DNA of 60,718 nucleotides, the filler included, from Sphacelaria rigidula (Eukaryota), in NCBI GenBank assembly GCA_964200075.2. It is 8 parts of 8 records of this genome, joined end to end, with 100 filler letters (N's around TTAATTAATTAA, not from the genome) between each part and the next. Parts side by side here need not be neighbours in the genome. Positions count along the whole stretch, not along the records: positions 22,809 to 30,310 come from CAXNAA020014618.1; positions 30,411 to 37,912 come from CAXNAA020014619.1; 6 more parts are not named here. One strand, written 5' to 3'. Below the pieces are notes generated by a model. It ran no database searches and was not told the DNA's origin. It saw only the letters and a program-made list of their open reading frames with translations. The position numbers were made by a program, and so were the translations under genes. Below are positions 23,076 to 37,139 of the stretch, piece after piece. Within the stretch, counting starts at the first letter, position 1. Each line of letters starts with the position of its first letter.

Positions 23076-26000
23076 CTTCACATCTGTGTTACTCTTTCGT
23101 ATCTTCCCTGCAATAGAGAAATGCGACTTCAGCCCCATTTTTGTGTTGAACCCCGAAATTTGAAATCGGCGGTTCGCTAGCAATTCTTCACATCCGATTT
23201 CAAACACAACTCTCAATACTGAGCTGCAAACCCGCCTGCTACCTAAAACTCCGTTTCTAGGCTGGTCCAGCTCGCGTATGATATTTGTGTGTCATGCACA
23301 GCAACGCAGTTAAAACACTTGATTGATTCATTTGATTGTCACACAGGATCTGATCCTCCAGGGACCCATAGGCGTAACCAAGGTATACAATACGAAAACG
23401 TTAGTTGAAAAAATATACAAACGCGGGAGAACAAAAAGATGGGAAAAAACAGAGTACACTGAAACACAAAGACAAAACAAAACAAGTATGAAAACAAGAA
23501 CGAAACAAGTACAAAATGGCAAAGGAAAGGGAAAGAGAAGAGCTCGAACAAAATCGGTCCTGGTGAAAGCAAAATAGATACAAGAAGAGAAGTAAAGCAA
23601 CAAGACTAACAATGGCCGGCCCCTGTAGTATGGCTACAGCTGAGAAAAGGACGTGCGCAAAAACACATGCACCCATACCGTACGCGACACATGCTACGCG
23701 ACTCCTGCTTGGGTGAGGATCGCTTCTCGTTTCCTCTCTGATGTCGACAAAATGCTCGAATCCAATTTCTCATTATGCGAAGAGGTGTAAAACGCTCAGT
23801 TCATCATTGAAATTCAAATTCTTGTTCTGGCAAAGGCGTTCAGTGCGATATATTATACTTTAGCGGTAGTCAACAATGCTTTTCTCCCACATAACATGTC
23901 CCAATACTAACCCACAAGATGTTGCTCAGAAGTGATGCTGTTCAGGACGGCAGGAGGACTCGAAGTTCGTCGTGCCGCACCGTCAACGACCCCTGTACCA
24001 TACAACCGTAGCACTGTACCGTATAGCCATGACATCTATCCAATCGACACGGTCTACACTACACACATTGGGCGTTAATGCTTCCCCCCTGCTACTGACT
24101 GCCAGTTTTTCTCCACCTGCTTCTGGATCTCCCCGCTGACTGTTCTCCCCCCCCGCCCCCTCTCCGGCTGCACCCCCAGTCTCCCTCTGTGTCATTAGGC
24201 TTTAGAAAAACCCACCTACTCACCGCCACGCTTGTTCTCCGTGCTTCACGCATGTTACGGTAGCTTCATGCCACGCATACTGTGATCTTGTTCGAGATGC
24301 ACAGGGGAGTCGTACGCTTCTGTTGTGCGCCCCTTGCTCTTCCGAGTGATGAGGCCACCGCATCGACAAGAAAAGCAGAAAGAACGGTGTTGCTATATTC
24401 ATGTTGATGCTTGCTTGCAGAGGGGAACGAAACGTTTTGGCAATTTTACTCTTCAAATAATGAACGTCACCTGGAAGGACCGTTTTGGATAGGAGAGAGG
24501 CAACTTGCTCGGAGTCTGATGTGGCCTTGGGGGATGTTTGGGCAGTTTCTGATCATTCTGGTGTACAGTGCATTCAAACAGATTCAAACCGGCCGACCCT
24601 TCGCACTTCCCGGTTTTCAATTGTTGCTCTTCCCCGAGGTTAGCACAGACGCTCACCTCTAGATTCCTAAATTTCAATAAATCTCAGCTTGGCATCCCTA
24701 ACCACGAGATCTCCAGCACGTGTTGCGTACTGTACACGCGAGGAAACAAAAGGTCGAGAGCGCAGATTGCGGTCCATCTACTTCGGACCATATTGTTCGG
24801 ACATGATGGGCTTGCTCTTACTCATCCATGAGCCCGACGGAAGCAAGGCACTGAAGTACTACTATATAGCACTGAGATGAAACAATCAACGAGAGATAAA
24901 AAAAGATTGAAACGGAGAACAGAAGCATACGGGAGCGATGAAGCCCTGGGGCAGCGTAGTGCTTGTACAGGGGGCACAACCAGGACCATCACCAGGCCGC
25001 AAGTCACGGACAAGTCAACAACTTGCTAGAGGAGACAGGGGTGAATCGGCTCCGTGTTGACCTCGCTTTCCCCACTTATCCCTAGTCGGGTACAAAACGG
25101 GCCCCTCTCTCAGCCGTTTTCACTCTAGATTCCTCACGAGGTTTTTTCTGCTGTTGTGTCAGCGGTGGCGGCTCTCTGATTGGCCGCTCCTGATGCAGCA
25201 GCCTCCTGCTTATGGCGAAGGCCCGGATGGCTTCTGTCTCCGCGAAACGTTGTGCACCATATTCCAACTTCTGAACGATTCAGACCGTTTCCTCTCAACC
25301 CAGGCCGCGCACATGGATGTACCCATTGCATAATACACTTGCTAGCACATCGCCACTTCCTTCATGATGAGCACGACTCGCGAACACCACTACATTGATA
25401 TAGAGCCAGTGAAAGTTGCTACGGGCATAGCTTGGCCACAAGAACAACATCATCACGGTTACGTGCAGTACTTCAAGACCTGCCCCGAATGACTTCGACT
25501 TTTAGGCTTGATATATGTAACAACCCTAGACATAGTCCTAACCCTAACTTCACGCGTATACCTCTGGTGCTTTTTTCGTCCATCGGCCATGTCCCGGTTG
25601 TCTACTTTCGACGATCTGTCATACCAATATCTTCTCCCGTAAAATCACCATCCCAACCATGCTCCCGTACACAGCAAGCCTAGCAACAACCATGGCATGG
25701 GACGGGATGCTGACTGTGGCCGCTGCGGTGTGGATGGACTGGTCAAGGGTACTACAGGCCTTCAAGTCCATACTGGCTGCAGGGCAATGGGTCTTGCTTC
25801 TACCGAGGTGCACTCTTTCGCGCAGCATTAATACGTAGTGCTGCCGTCGGACGTTGAGAAGTGAAACATGCATAACCCCGAAGACCCGTCTGTAGTCAGA
25901 GTTGCCAACAAGTCTATTGGTGAGTACTGTCACCTGGTTCGTGAATGTATCGTACAATCATATTTGCACGAGGGACTACACTCTCGAGGTCCATGTGTTG

Positions 26001-26496
26001 GGTGCTCGACCCCAATTTTGCTAATTATTCGTCGGTGTTGGTGCGTGAGTCCAGAAGATGGGCTCGCTTGAGATGGCGGGTCACTCCGTGGTGGCGGAAC
26101 CAAGGCTGGTGTTCACAGCGCTGTAGATCAGTCGTTTGTTCGCACCTGCTACCTGTCATTGTGAAGGATCCCTTGGCCTTCCGTTTGGAGAGGGTGGAGA
26201 AGTTCATACCTTCATGTTCGTATAAAAACTACGTGAACTTCGCCCTGCAATTGGATAGTCTAGTTTACTGAGTACGCGGTAAGGCACCTGGTGCTATACG
26301 TTTAAGTGCAAGCAACATCCGTCGGGGGAATATTCGTCACGAGCACTTTGCGTAGGAGCACAGTACGTCTGAACTCGAACGTGCTTCACAGAACAAAAGA
26401 CCGTGCATGATAGCCACAGAGCCTTCATGCCAACGATTATGCCTTGTGTTCACTAACTTCATCCTTCCCACTTTTGCCCTACCCCCGTTGTTGCAG

Positions 26497-29394
26497 GCGT
26501 GTACTCGAGCGCGTTACAGGCAAGATTACGAGGTACGTGCGTACAACAACACCAAGGAGTTCTGCGTGCATTCTTTTTTCACCACACGGCGGCCCACACG
26601 TTGTTGATGTGTTTCTCGATCGAACGATAGCCGCTCTGATATGTTTGGTCGTCCTTGCGCGACACTGTTTGGCGAGTGGTCAACATGACGTGCGGTGTCG
26701 ACGATAAATATTCGTGGGCCAAACCTGCAGGACAGCAAGCTCGACATCCCCCGAAGCGACATCACGCTTGTCGGTCTTTCCCGGCCTCCTCCTGGTGTTT
26801 TCTGGCTAACTTATCAGTAGAGCTTACGTATATAACGTTTGATGGTTCCACACATTCCAGTGGTGCTTGCGTTAGCAGGCACGAGGCACCATCAAAAGAG
26901 ACAGCCTTGGTTGAGCCGATGAACAGTTTGGCTTCTCCTCCGCGATGCTTTTTCAACGTAACATGTATACACGGATGATGGTTTGAGGACACGCAAAATT
27001 GCACCACTTCTGCGACACTGGAATTCGTGCGGATGGTGTTTCAAAGACATGCAATTTTACACCAGTCGATACAGTTGGGGTAGAAAGAAGAGAGGTAGAG
27101 CCGAAACCACAGGTTAAATTCCGAGGATATTTGTGCGTTCAATTCGATTGGTTGGATATACCGTACGCCCGGCATGTTTGACGATGGTCCATGCATAAGA
27201 ATGTCATTTTCCTGTGATGATGTCGTCTGAGTAGCTGACACGGATTCGCAACCCGTACGAAGTGTTACCTTCGAATTGTAACACTCCGGAGAAAGACATA
27301 ACGGGAAGACTTTGATTGCAGTGAGCTTCAGCGCGGAGTACGGCTCCAACAAGTAGCGCTTGAAATTACCCTACTCCGTTGGTTGCAACGTGCGCGGGGG
27401 AAGGACTGTCTTCTCCATCAGGCCACGCTGCCTCTTGATGCACACTCCGTCGATGCTGCCGATAAAAATATTACAGTTGTGTTCGAAATTGGTACGATGC
27501 ATAACACTACAGCAGAACTGTAAAATACGGGAACTTGCACGTGTAACGGGGTGGAGGTACGGGACGAAGACGAGGCGACATCCTTGCGTACAGTCATACG
27601 GTACACTTGACGTTCTTGCTTACATACTTTAATCTCGGGCACGTGTATCGTGTGACCGCGGCTGAGCCCTGGGATATCAATTGAAGCGCGACAATCAACT
27701 GATCAATCATGATGATGATCATCATGATCATCATCGTCATCATGATCATCATGATCATCATCAGCATCATCAGCATAATCATCATCATCATCATCATCAC
27801 AGGAAAACATATTCAATACGACACCCGTCTGTTATGCCACGATTGAAACCTCGTGGAATTGGAAACCTATCGGGGGACAGTCATAACCGTCCCTTTACGA
27901 ACGTATACGACCCTTGAGCCTTGGCAGTGGGTTCTGTATACTTCGCCAGAACGGTGGCACAAGCGCCAAGAGTAGACACCCGTGAACGGACCCGACACAA
28001 AGATATGCCGCCTTGGTCAAATTTAAGGTGTTAATCTCTTGTGAGCTGCTACGACTCCCCGTCAACCCACAAGCTTTCACTGGTCGGTTGAACACATTTC
28101 GTTCATATTTTGGATATGGAACAACACGGAAGGAGGTCACCGTGTCGCTCTGTGAAGTCTGAGAACTGAGAGTCCGGCGTTGGTCTGCTGCGATGCAGTG
28201 GATCTGTCAAACTGGCTGGGGGTTCATGCGTGTCAAAAGTTGGAAAAACTAGACGTGCGTAGAGCCCATGTTGGTAGTGTGTGCGCAGGATCATGGGTGT
28301 CAAAGAAAAGCTGTTCATTACCGCGTGTTTCGTTAAATTGGTATCACCTTCCTGTCATGACTCTGTTTTTCATTTCACATCTTCGGGTTGTGTATGTAGC
28401 ATCCGTGTCGAAGGACGAATGGGATTCTTAGAAATAGTAGGCGTGGATATTCTGCTACTGTTTCCGACTTTTGCTATTGGCTGAGTGAACGTACCTTCTT
28501 TTCTCAGCGGCATTTTCTATACGCAGTACGAGACCCATTCCGCGTTTCTTGAGTCCTCATTTATGTTACCAGAGCTATCAGGGGAAAGGCACCGAAATCA
28601 TGACTATACGTTGGTGCTCATGTCTCCGTGTGATCTGTCCGCATGTTGCACCCGATGATGTTCCGCCCTCTTCCCTCACTCCGTTATTTGATGTATTTTC
28701 CCACCAAAACCCTAGAATCGGTGACCAGCGTGCCGACGTTCAGCAGCTGATCGAAAACGGCGAAGTCCTGTTCATTGACAACAACAGCAAAACCATCTAC
28801 GTTGACCCTAGCCGCAACAGCGGCGACGGCAGCGGCGACGACGATGATGGCAACAACAACAACGACAACAACACCAACACCGACATCAAGGAGAGAAGCA
28901 AAGAGAAGGCTCTCGTGCGCCGGCAATGGCCGTGGCAGAGGCGTAATCAGCGTGTCTGCACGGCTGACGACTCCGAGCAGCAGATGGGCGTGGCTGGTGA
29001 TGGCCGAGCGATGATTGTTTCGCCGTCACCCTCGATAGATCCTCGCCACGTGTCGCAACCAGTATGCATGGCCCACTACCAATCTCTTGGTACAACGGTC
29101 GTAGATGCTTCGCCCCCGCCGTCTATTCGGCAGGACTCGGCTTACATGTTTGTGGTCGGTACGGTCGTGCTCTTGGCATGTACGTTTTTATGGTGCAAGA
29201 GACGATTGAACCGGCGGCAGGCAGGGGCTCCAGGGGAGGAGGAAGCGCCTCCGTTTCTGTCTCAAGGTCAGAGCCCTCCGGCTCCCGTATTACTAGGGAA
29301 ATATGATCATAAAAGCTGTCTTGTAGTTGCCGAGTTTCGGGCTGTCTCAAATATGGATAAGTACGAAGCACTATTCGCTTCAAGAGGACACTGA
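26497..29394 (+). CDS. 3' part of an unknown protein with a C-terminal transmembrane helix; exons 26497-26532 and 28716-29394
   Basis: The micro-exon TTGCAG|...|GTACGT joins the terminal exon in phase: RVLERVTGKITR|IGDQRADVQQLIENGEVLFID..., then a D/N-rich linker, then AYMFVVGTVVLLACTFLWC followed by the basic stop-transfer KRRLNRR. Confidence 0.6.
27703..27800. repeat. Imperfect (CAT/GAT)n microsatellite
   Basis: Seen directly in the sequence. Confidence 0.9.
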
Positions 29395-30310
29395 AGCACG
29401 CGCTACTATTAAGGCCCATAAATGATCGACACTGCTTTTTCGGATATCTCCGGAATTGTCGGGACTGGTAAAGTACCTGGTGGTTCTCGAATGCTTGCGA
29501 CCGCCACGGCATATTCACAGAGCAGCTCTCCGAAATGCTGCGTTGCAGTCCAAACTTTTCGGACTTGTCCAAAAATGGAGCTTCGGAGGAAAAATCACGC
29601 CGCTTCATTTTCGGAAACGTCCGAACGCAGAGTCCGCAAACTCTGAAAAGATGGTGAAATCTCTGACAAAAGCAGTGCCGAAAATAATGGACCTTACATA
29701 GTAAACTGTGCCTTCCCAACGCTTCAGACCTGGTCTTGTACCCTACGGTTGGTTTTCGAGATCGCTTCATAGTACGGGGGATACGACTCGTTGCTCGGAA
29801 CAAGGAGTCTCGTGGGTGTGACGTTCAACCACCCGCTTCTGTGCGTACGTTTTCATGGTACGGTATAGAGCTCCGTCGAGATATCGCGAATATCGATATC
29901 AAGGTCGTTCCAATTACACTTTACTGTCGGCCTCAGGCCAAGTCTCGCAATAACTTCACTGGCAAACGTTCAATCGAAGCATCTCCTGCCACCCACGTTG
30001 GGGATAGCTCGATCGTGAAATGTGTCTCCACGCTCACTATAATATAGGCGTGCACTTGTATCGAAGCGATATGGTGATTTTTCGACAATATGCGCGTGTC
30101 GTGGTGGGGTAACACCGATACGTCTTTCGAATTGTGGCCTGTTTTTCAGAAGTACCAGGGACTGCCAGGATGCTTGACCCGCCATATCATCGTTCCATTG
30201 ACTACAGCACAAGATAAGCATGCTCACGCCAAGGTAAAAACTTCTACCATGCACCATTTGGTTGCCATCCCTTACCAATACAGGAGCCTTATTCTACCGC
30301 GAGTGGGATG

Positions 30311-30410
30311 NNNNNNNNNNNNNNNNNNNNNNNNNNNNNNNNNNNNNNNNNNNNTTAATTAATTAANNNNNNNNNNNNNNNNNNNNNNNNNNNNNNNNNN
30401 NNNNNNNNNN
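30311..30410. other. Artificial contig linker
   Basis: N44-TTAATTAATTAA-N44. Confidence 0.98.
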
Positions 30411-31933
30411 AAAAAAAAGAACAAGTGGAATAAAAAAATGACTACCTCAAAGCGAATGACCAAAGCCACTCTCAATCGTATCATCTACTCTCAATCTCAC
30501 GAAAACACTGTTGCATAAGAAACAAAGGTCTAAAAGGGGTGTGTGTGAAAGGTATCGTCAAAGCATCGACACCCTCACCATGTACCCCTAGGGTAGTCAG
30601 GAGCCCCACCGTTCATTTGCGACTGGAGAGAGTGGTTAATATGATCCCTGGGGATGGCTACTTTCCTATCTTTGGGAAAACCATTGGCCCAACCTCCATT
30701 TGAGATATCACATCATAGACCCAAAAGTCCTGGCCGGGGGTGTGATGTGACCTACGGGAACTCTGAAATCATTGATTTTACAGCCGATGGCGCCTCTACG
30801 ATGGAAAACAACTTGTTCTTCTCCGCGATACACTCCGCAGTCAAGTGACTACGGTTGCACTTCCTCGCTAGCTGGGGTAGTGTCGAGACGCGTTGGTGTC
30901 TGCATCGACATGATGAGGAGAATATGTGAGTCATGAGCTGAAGTGAAAAACCTCGAACATGGCTGCGCCTGCGTTGTCATCGAGATCCTACGTAGAGAGC
31001 AGTCTGTGTACATTGAGTTCTGACTCGATCACCTCAACCACACTTGTGTCTACCATCTCTGGTATGTGAGTTTGCAACAGGGTGGGTACCGACCCTCAAT
31101 TTGATTCAGTTTGTGTAATACACCGTACTGTCTAGAGGAGGAGAGTGTAGTATAGAACCTCGTGGTCGTATATAATACCGTGCCGCATCACAGTGCACAT
31201 ACATGACTCCGGCTCGAATCATTGCCTGCAACAACCCGCTTGTAACTACGCCTGCCAGCCCGTCGTCTGTTAGCTTAGTACTCATGATCCTGTTTGACCC
31301 GTATCTCACGGACTTTGCTCCGCTGCGATTTAGCCCGTTGCTTCGTCTACGATACTACTGTACTATCACGATTGTCATGCCAGCCATGTGCTGCTACTTG
31401 TATGCGTCATTTTGGATGAGAGAAACCGTGCCGTTACGCCGCGATAACCAGCTGTCTAGGCAGCTAATTCTAGTAGGACAAGCTTAGATTTGACGGGTTC
31501 GGTTTCGCAGGGTAAAGGGGTTGCTAGAATGTTTCAATCTGCTGCGTCTTGATGTCACATCTCAGTGCTGATATTTGACCGGTCAGGTCCATCAACGGCC
31601 GGATATCGTATGTGTATGCGCAATCAATAGAATTTGCATCATGGCTCAGGAGCCCACGACGCGTGTGTGTACCCCCTGCACACATCTATCTACAACACTT
31701 GTAAAAGCAGTACAGGCAGTAGAGTGCAAGCCAGCACGGCAAAGGTAGAAGATAGCGACCCATATTTGCAACACATGATACTATTGACTACAGCTTTGTG
31801 TTGAAGCCGCTGAAAAAATCGGTATGGTACAACAACTGCTGCTAGAATGCTACCCTGTGCCCTGTTCCTTCTTTTTTTCGTCTCCACTTCAACTTCGATG
31901 GCGACCAAACAACCACTTACAATGTGGTTCCAG

Positions 31934-32252
31934 CCGCCGGTGGTTTCCGCAACGGCCAGCAGCAGCAGCAACAGCAACAACAACAACAACAACAACAACA
32001 ACGACAGCGGCAAGAGGACAGGCCGTCGTCAGACTCGGACGTTGAACCCGATCGTAGGCACTGCGATAATAATGACGGCGAGGAGGAGGAGGAGGATGTT
32101 TGTATGGATTTCGGGGACGACGGCATCTACAAGGGAAAGGGGAGCAAAAGTAGCAGAAGCAGTAGCAGGACGAGCAAGAAAGCCAGGCAGGAGGAACAGA
32201 AGGAGCAGCCGGGAACGGCCGCCATCGATGCAGTCATTGTCCGTGCTTGCAG
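31934..32252 (+). CDS. Probable internal exon encoding a poly-Gln / acidic / Ser-Lys low-complexity segment
   Basis: TTCCAG acceptor and CAG|GTACAA donor; open frame ...NG(Q)14RQRQEDRPSSDSD...EEEEED...KKARQEEQKEQPGTAAIDAVIVRAC. Partner exons not found. Confidence 0.45.
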
Positions 32253-34510
32253 GTACAAACGAGTACTCGTACAGTGAATTAGGTCACGACTGTAACCCCT
32301 CTACGATGTATACCACCCCCTTCCGCTCGAGCAGACATCTCCAGCGAATCTTTTCCGGTTCTCAAAACACTCCCATCACGGAGGAGTGTACTGCTTTACC
32401 GTAGATGACCCCCTAGTGTTCAGGCTTCTTCGCCGGGTTTATCGTGGTTCAGGGTTCCTTTTCCCGAATTGGATATTTTTTCGATAACTCCCATTTTCCT
32501 ACATGACGACCCCCTCTGTTATTGCATACCGCCGTGTCATCTAGCCCACATCCTCACTGCCTAGACCTCCCGACACAGAGCAACGACTGGAGTCAGCTTC
32601 CTTGATAGTACATGAAGGTACCGACACAACTACCAGAGCAGTACTCTGTACCGAAGCCTCGGGGCATGGAATGGGCCGTATCCGTCTTTCATGCTGTTCC
32701 CGGTGGTACCCGTGACATTTTTTCGCGTCGTTTGTTCCCTGGCTTGGTACTAATCGAAAGGTTGGCTTGCGTTTGCTTTCCCTGTTGAAGCAAGTCGTAT
32801 ACTAACGCACCCAAAAAAATGCACAGGAACCACGTGTAAGCAAATCCTGCATCCAAATCACAGGACGTTGACTCGGCGGGTGTTTAAACTTGACGGGGGA
32901 AAGGGAACTGCAAAATGCCCCGTCGCTGCCACAAAGTTTATCCGCCTCAAAAAAATTGATCCTCGTTTCCAATTTGTTGTGCGCTGCAGGTGACTTGATC
33001 CGATTGCGCACGCAACATGTACCCTTTGGTCGCCCACGTTGGGGCGAATGCTACTCTAATCCGAATTCAAAAAGAAAGTGTTGCAGGTCTTGCCTCATGC
33101 GAAGTGTTTCGCAGTACGCAGACTGTCTGTGGATTGATCAACATGGTGAGAGCGTACAAGAACAATTTTTGGATCTCCTCACCTGGGTCTTGAAAATATG
33201 TTCGTTTTTCGACTGAAAATAATGCCCACTCCAACACATCACTCAACCCGGCGATCGGAGGGCTCAACCTCAATGAGCGCCAGGGGCTGCTTTTCGGAAC
33301 AATATTATCAATTGGCCTTCAACGGTGGTAACCACAACGACGCCGTATCTATCTGAGCATCTAGTGTCTTCTATCTGTGCGCGAGCATCACCCCCGATGA
33401 CTGGATAACTCGCGCGCTCGGCGTGCTCGGCCGTCGCCGTAACAATGCTCAACTAATTTATTCGTAACATTTTGCTGTGATCCGCCTAGCGTCTCATTGA
33501 GGGCAATTGATGCCAAATGGATATTTAGCATGGTCAAGCAGCGCCTTTGGGTGCCTTACTGCCTCCTTGAGGCACCGCAGCTCAGAGCCGGCGCGAATCT
33601 CGCAGGGTGATTATTATTATTTTTCGTGTCGCACGTTTCCCCCCTCCTTGGAACGACTTCGCTAACGTGGTGTCGAAAGGATCAATGCACCTACCCCCCC
33701 CCCCCCCCCCATGAGTAATGATGACCGCATAGCCGTATCAGGCAATGCCCACGACGCTTCCACCCGCTTCGTTCGCGGAAGTACATCTCACGCACCTCCC
33801 ACCCAACCACGCGAACTGCGCTGTCCCCAACTCTGCTTCGGTCGTTTGGGCCCACTGCTACTTCTTACACCAAAAAATGCTACGTGCTGACCGAATCTGC
33901 TCGCTATTCAGTTTTCGGTTCGTGCCCCGCTATCGTAGTATACGTCATCGCACGCTGAGACTCACCCCGCATCGCGCTCATTTGCCTCAACACATCCTCG
34001 CAACGTACGCTTAATCTTCCCCGTGGTACCATAGGCATTTAATGCCCCTTGTTTCCCGTTCTGCACTGCCCCAAATTGCTCTCGCAAGGTTTGCTACCTG
34101 CAGGCACCCCCCCCCAGTCTAGAACGGACATGATTTTATTCCGCTGCTGTAATCCCGCGCCCTTCAGCACACCAAATATCGCTTGCCTGTTTTCTGCGCG
34201 CTGCGCTCTGCCTTTCTTCTCCGCGCCACACACTGCTACCCGCACGAGCACTTCTCCATTGCTACTTTGCCCGTCAACTGGTCAATTCCTCATTTTGTGT
34301 CGGGACCCTCAAACCCTGCTATCACGGTGGGTGAAAATACACACACACCTATATACATATAGATATAGACCTATATACCTTGGTCCGATGTGGTGAATAA
34401 TTTTGTGTGCAATAGCTTATATATGTCAACCTGGTCAACTCATGGTTGTCACACCGTATTCATTGACTTTGCAATACAGGCTGGGCCGCCCAAGACGCGG
34501 ACAGGGATGT

Positions 34511-35160
34511 GAACACGCGATTCAGCAGCTCAATTTTGGGTCTTTTCCTATGAAATTTTGACTCAAAGTACAGGACATATGTACGAAGACTCCATCACCT
34601 CTCCCCTACATTTTTTTTTGGGAGGGGGGGGGGGGTACTCATTTGTTGCTTGCCTTAGTCGTTTGACCATTGACCACGCATCCGGGTGGAGTTATTCACG
34701 ATTCTGTTCCGAAATAAACTGTCGTGAAGTGTTTGGTCGCCGATAACTCACGCAGAAAAAAAAATGTAGGGGGAAGACGGTGGAGTCTTCGCACATACAT
34801 CCTGTACATCGAGTCACAATTTCATAGAAAACGACCTAAAATTGAGCTGCTGAATCGCGTGTTCGTGTCTACGACTGGTTCCTATGTGGAGATGGACCAG
34901 CCACGAAAAACGAAAACGCGGTTGTGCTGTTCAATTGCAAGTATTGTCCCCCCTTAATTTTTTTTTAATTTTTTTGTAGTGAGTGGTCGAGGCTTTTGTA
35001 CCAAGAAAAAGTGTTCCGAAATCTATTTCACCAATAACTCACGAGGAAATAAATAAATAGGGGGACAAACGGTAGGAGCTTCACATATAGCTCATGTATA
35101 TCGTGTCGAAAATTCATGGAAAACGACTGGAAATTGAGCAGTGAAATCGCGTTTTTCTGT
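34511..35160. repeat. Alternating inverted/direct (fold-back) array of a ~110-150 bp unit
   Basis: 34511-34620 is the reverse complement of about 34755-34864. 35030-35160 is a diverged direct copy of 34740-34865, and 34940-34990 is another inverted partial copy. Confidence 0.75.
34624..34683 (-). mobile_element. Non-LTR 3'-end family F1, poly(C) tail
   Basis: G run then TACTCATTTGTTGCTTGCCTTAGTCGTTTGACCATTGACCACGCATCC. Confidence 0.75.
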
Positions 35161-35621
35161 CGAGAACCGGTTCACTTGCTTTTAGAGTTAATAACCTCAG
35201 CCATAACTTCGACGTTTTCTACAAGCGCGACGCCTTGGCGCGCTGGATGTCTCGTCTGCGTGCCATCTCAGACACTGGGCGCCTACAGTACAACATACCT
35301 TGTTGTACAACCACAACCACTGCAGCACCATCACTTTGCGGCCGCGGCACAATCGACTGTGACTGTAAATGCGATTTCAGCCGTTTTTTCCCCCCTAATT
35401 CTGCCGCACATGTCACTCTCACTTCTCTACACTTCGCAGCTGACTACAGTGTGGTGTGTAGTTTGATGGGAACTTGTCGGATCGCAGTGCAACGTGAAGT
35501 GAAAGACGCGCGTTGATTTGCAGATTACCACGATGTGTCATAGCAGGCACAACTCGCGATAGACCGTCAGCTAGAACCGGCTGAAGGAAAGTTCGCTTCT
35601 TAGACGGCCCAGCCTGTGTAT

Positions 35622-35693
35622 GGGGGGCGTACTCATTTGTTGCTTGCCTTAGTCATTTGACCATTGACCACGCATCCCTTTCGAGACGGAGCA
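35622..35693 (-). mobile_element. Non-LTR 3'-end family F1
   Basis: GGGGGGCGTACTCATTTGTTGCTTGCCTTAGTCATTTGACCATTGACCACGCATCCCTTTCGAGACGGAGCA. Confidence 0.75.
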
Positions 35694-37139
35694 TGGGGGG
35701 GAGCGGTCACATTCAGGTACTCGTGAACACTTTTGGAACAATTTCAGGTACAGCACCGGGAAGCTGAATTGAAAAAAACTGCCCCGAAGACGGCCATATA
35801 ATTGTCCAGAGAGGGCAAGATGGCTACGTACCTCATCATTACTGTGAAAACAACAGGTGTACCTGAGATTGTCCATTTTTGTTCCCCTCCCTTATCTGTA
35901 CCCGAACCTCGAACTGTACCCGGAAGAAGCGAGCGACAAGTATCGGAGGTTCGCTCGACAAAGACAACGGCAAACTCCGCAGAAACAAAAAGCCATCCCC
36001 CCTGTTTCTTTGCCTTGCAAGTGTCGTACTACTCCGGGAAACGCAGCAGCTACGGAGTTTCGCATCACAACTTATTTGGCGATGAACCCCGAAGGTTAAC
36101 AAAGACAGCAGATTCCTACCACCTAGGCTATGTATGTATATATATACATATACATGGACTCAGTGTAAGAGTTACCTCTCTGATTACCTAAAAATGAATT
36201 GGTGGGATAGACCACGCTTCAGCACTATTTTTTTTCATTTTTTTTTTTTGGGGGGGGGGGTCACGCAGGTACAACCCTTCGCCATGGAGCAAGCGCCAAA
36301 AGCGAACTTCAGCCAATACAGCGGACATGCTCCGAGCCAGGAGTGAAGGTCTCAATACCAGGTGGGCTGCGCTGTTTCTGTGTACGATTCAGCGGCAGAG
36401 CGCACTGTTTTTTTCTTGTTTCCCTTTTTTTGTCGGTGTAGTGTGTATCATGGGATTTCTCACTCGAATTTCGTCATCAGATTATTTGACGGTGTCGCTG
36501 CCGCCCCCGTAAGCTCGAGCGAATGTACTCGCATATACATGGTACTGTAGGCAAGATACATACCTGGAAGTGCTTGCGTGCAACCATTATAAGGGGGTGG
36601 GGGGAGTCGTGTAGAGAGTCTCTCGAGACACTGAAAGCTTCCTCGTCTGTCTGCAGATGAAAACCTGTGTCTCGTCTGCAGATCCTGGGACTAAAGAGAA
36701 TCCAGACACTTTTTTTTTTTCATCTTGTCCTGTCTTGGTTATTCAAACCCAAGTTCCGAGGGAGGGCAAGACTGGCTTACCGTGAGTGAAGGCTGTGCTC
36801 GTGCTGTAGCTGTAGAGCTTTGCGATTGATTGATAGTCGCAAATCAGGATCAACTGATCCCCGAAGGACCCAGACGTGGTCATCATCCGTAAGATAGACG
36901 TTCTCAAGGTATAGACAACGAATTATCGGTCCGTGGATGTAGTTTGGAGTGCACAGGTTAAATGGTTGTCATGGATACAGGACAGCTTGCTCCAGTAGCT
37001 GTCTGGTCTTGGGAAATAATTCTCGTGGATGCGGTCTGGGGGACCGGGAACACGAGATCCCGTGAACTTCTGTAGTGTGCTCTCCGCACTGTCCGTCATA
37101 CTTTTAGCCCCCCACCCCCTGCGCTTGGTGCGGGATTGG

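Noticed and set aside
25260-25400. PHD-finger-like remnant on the minus strand (WRCASKC..QWVHPC...IWC)
   Set aside because: Ligand spacing is imperfect and there is an upstream stop; too weak to call without a profile search.
27594-27917. Poly-His or poly-Met ORFs (and the poly-Leu/Val/Thr ORFs at 22874-23216)
   Set aside because: They are translations of trinucleotide microsatellites with no splice or homology support.
29123-29803. 226-aa minus-strand ORF (and the 237-aa ORF 16970-17683)
   Set aside because: Both overlap better-supported plus-strand exons in antisense and show no domain signal.
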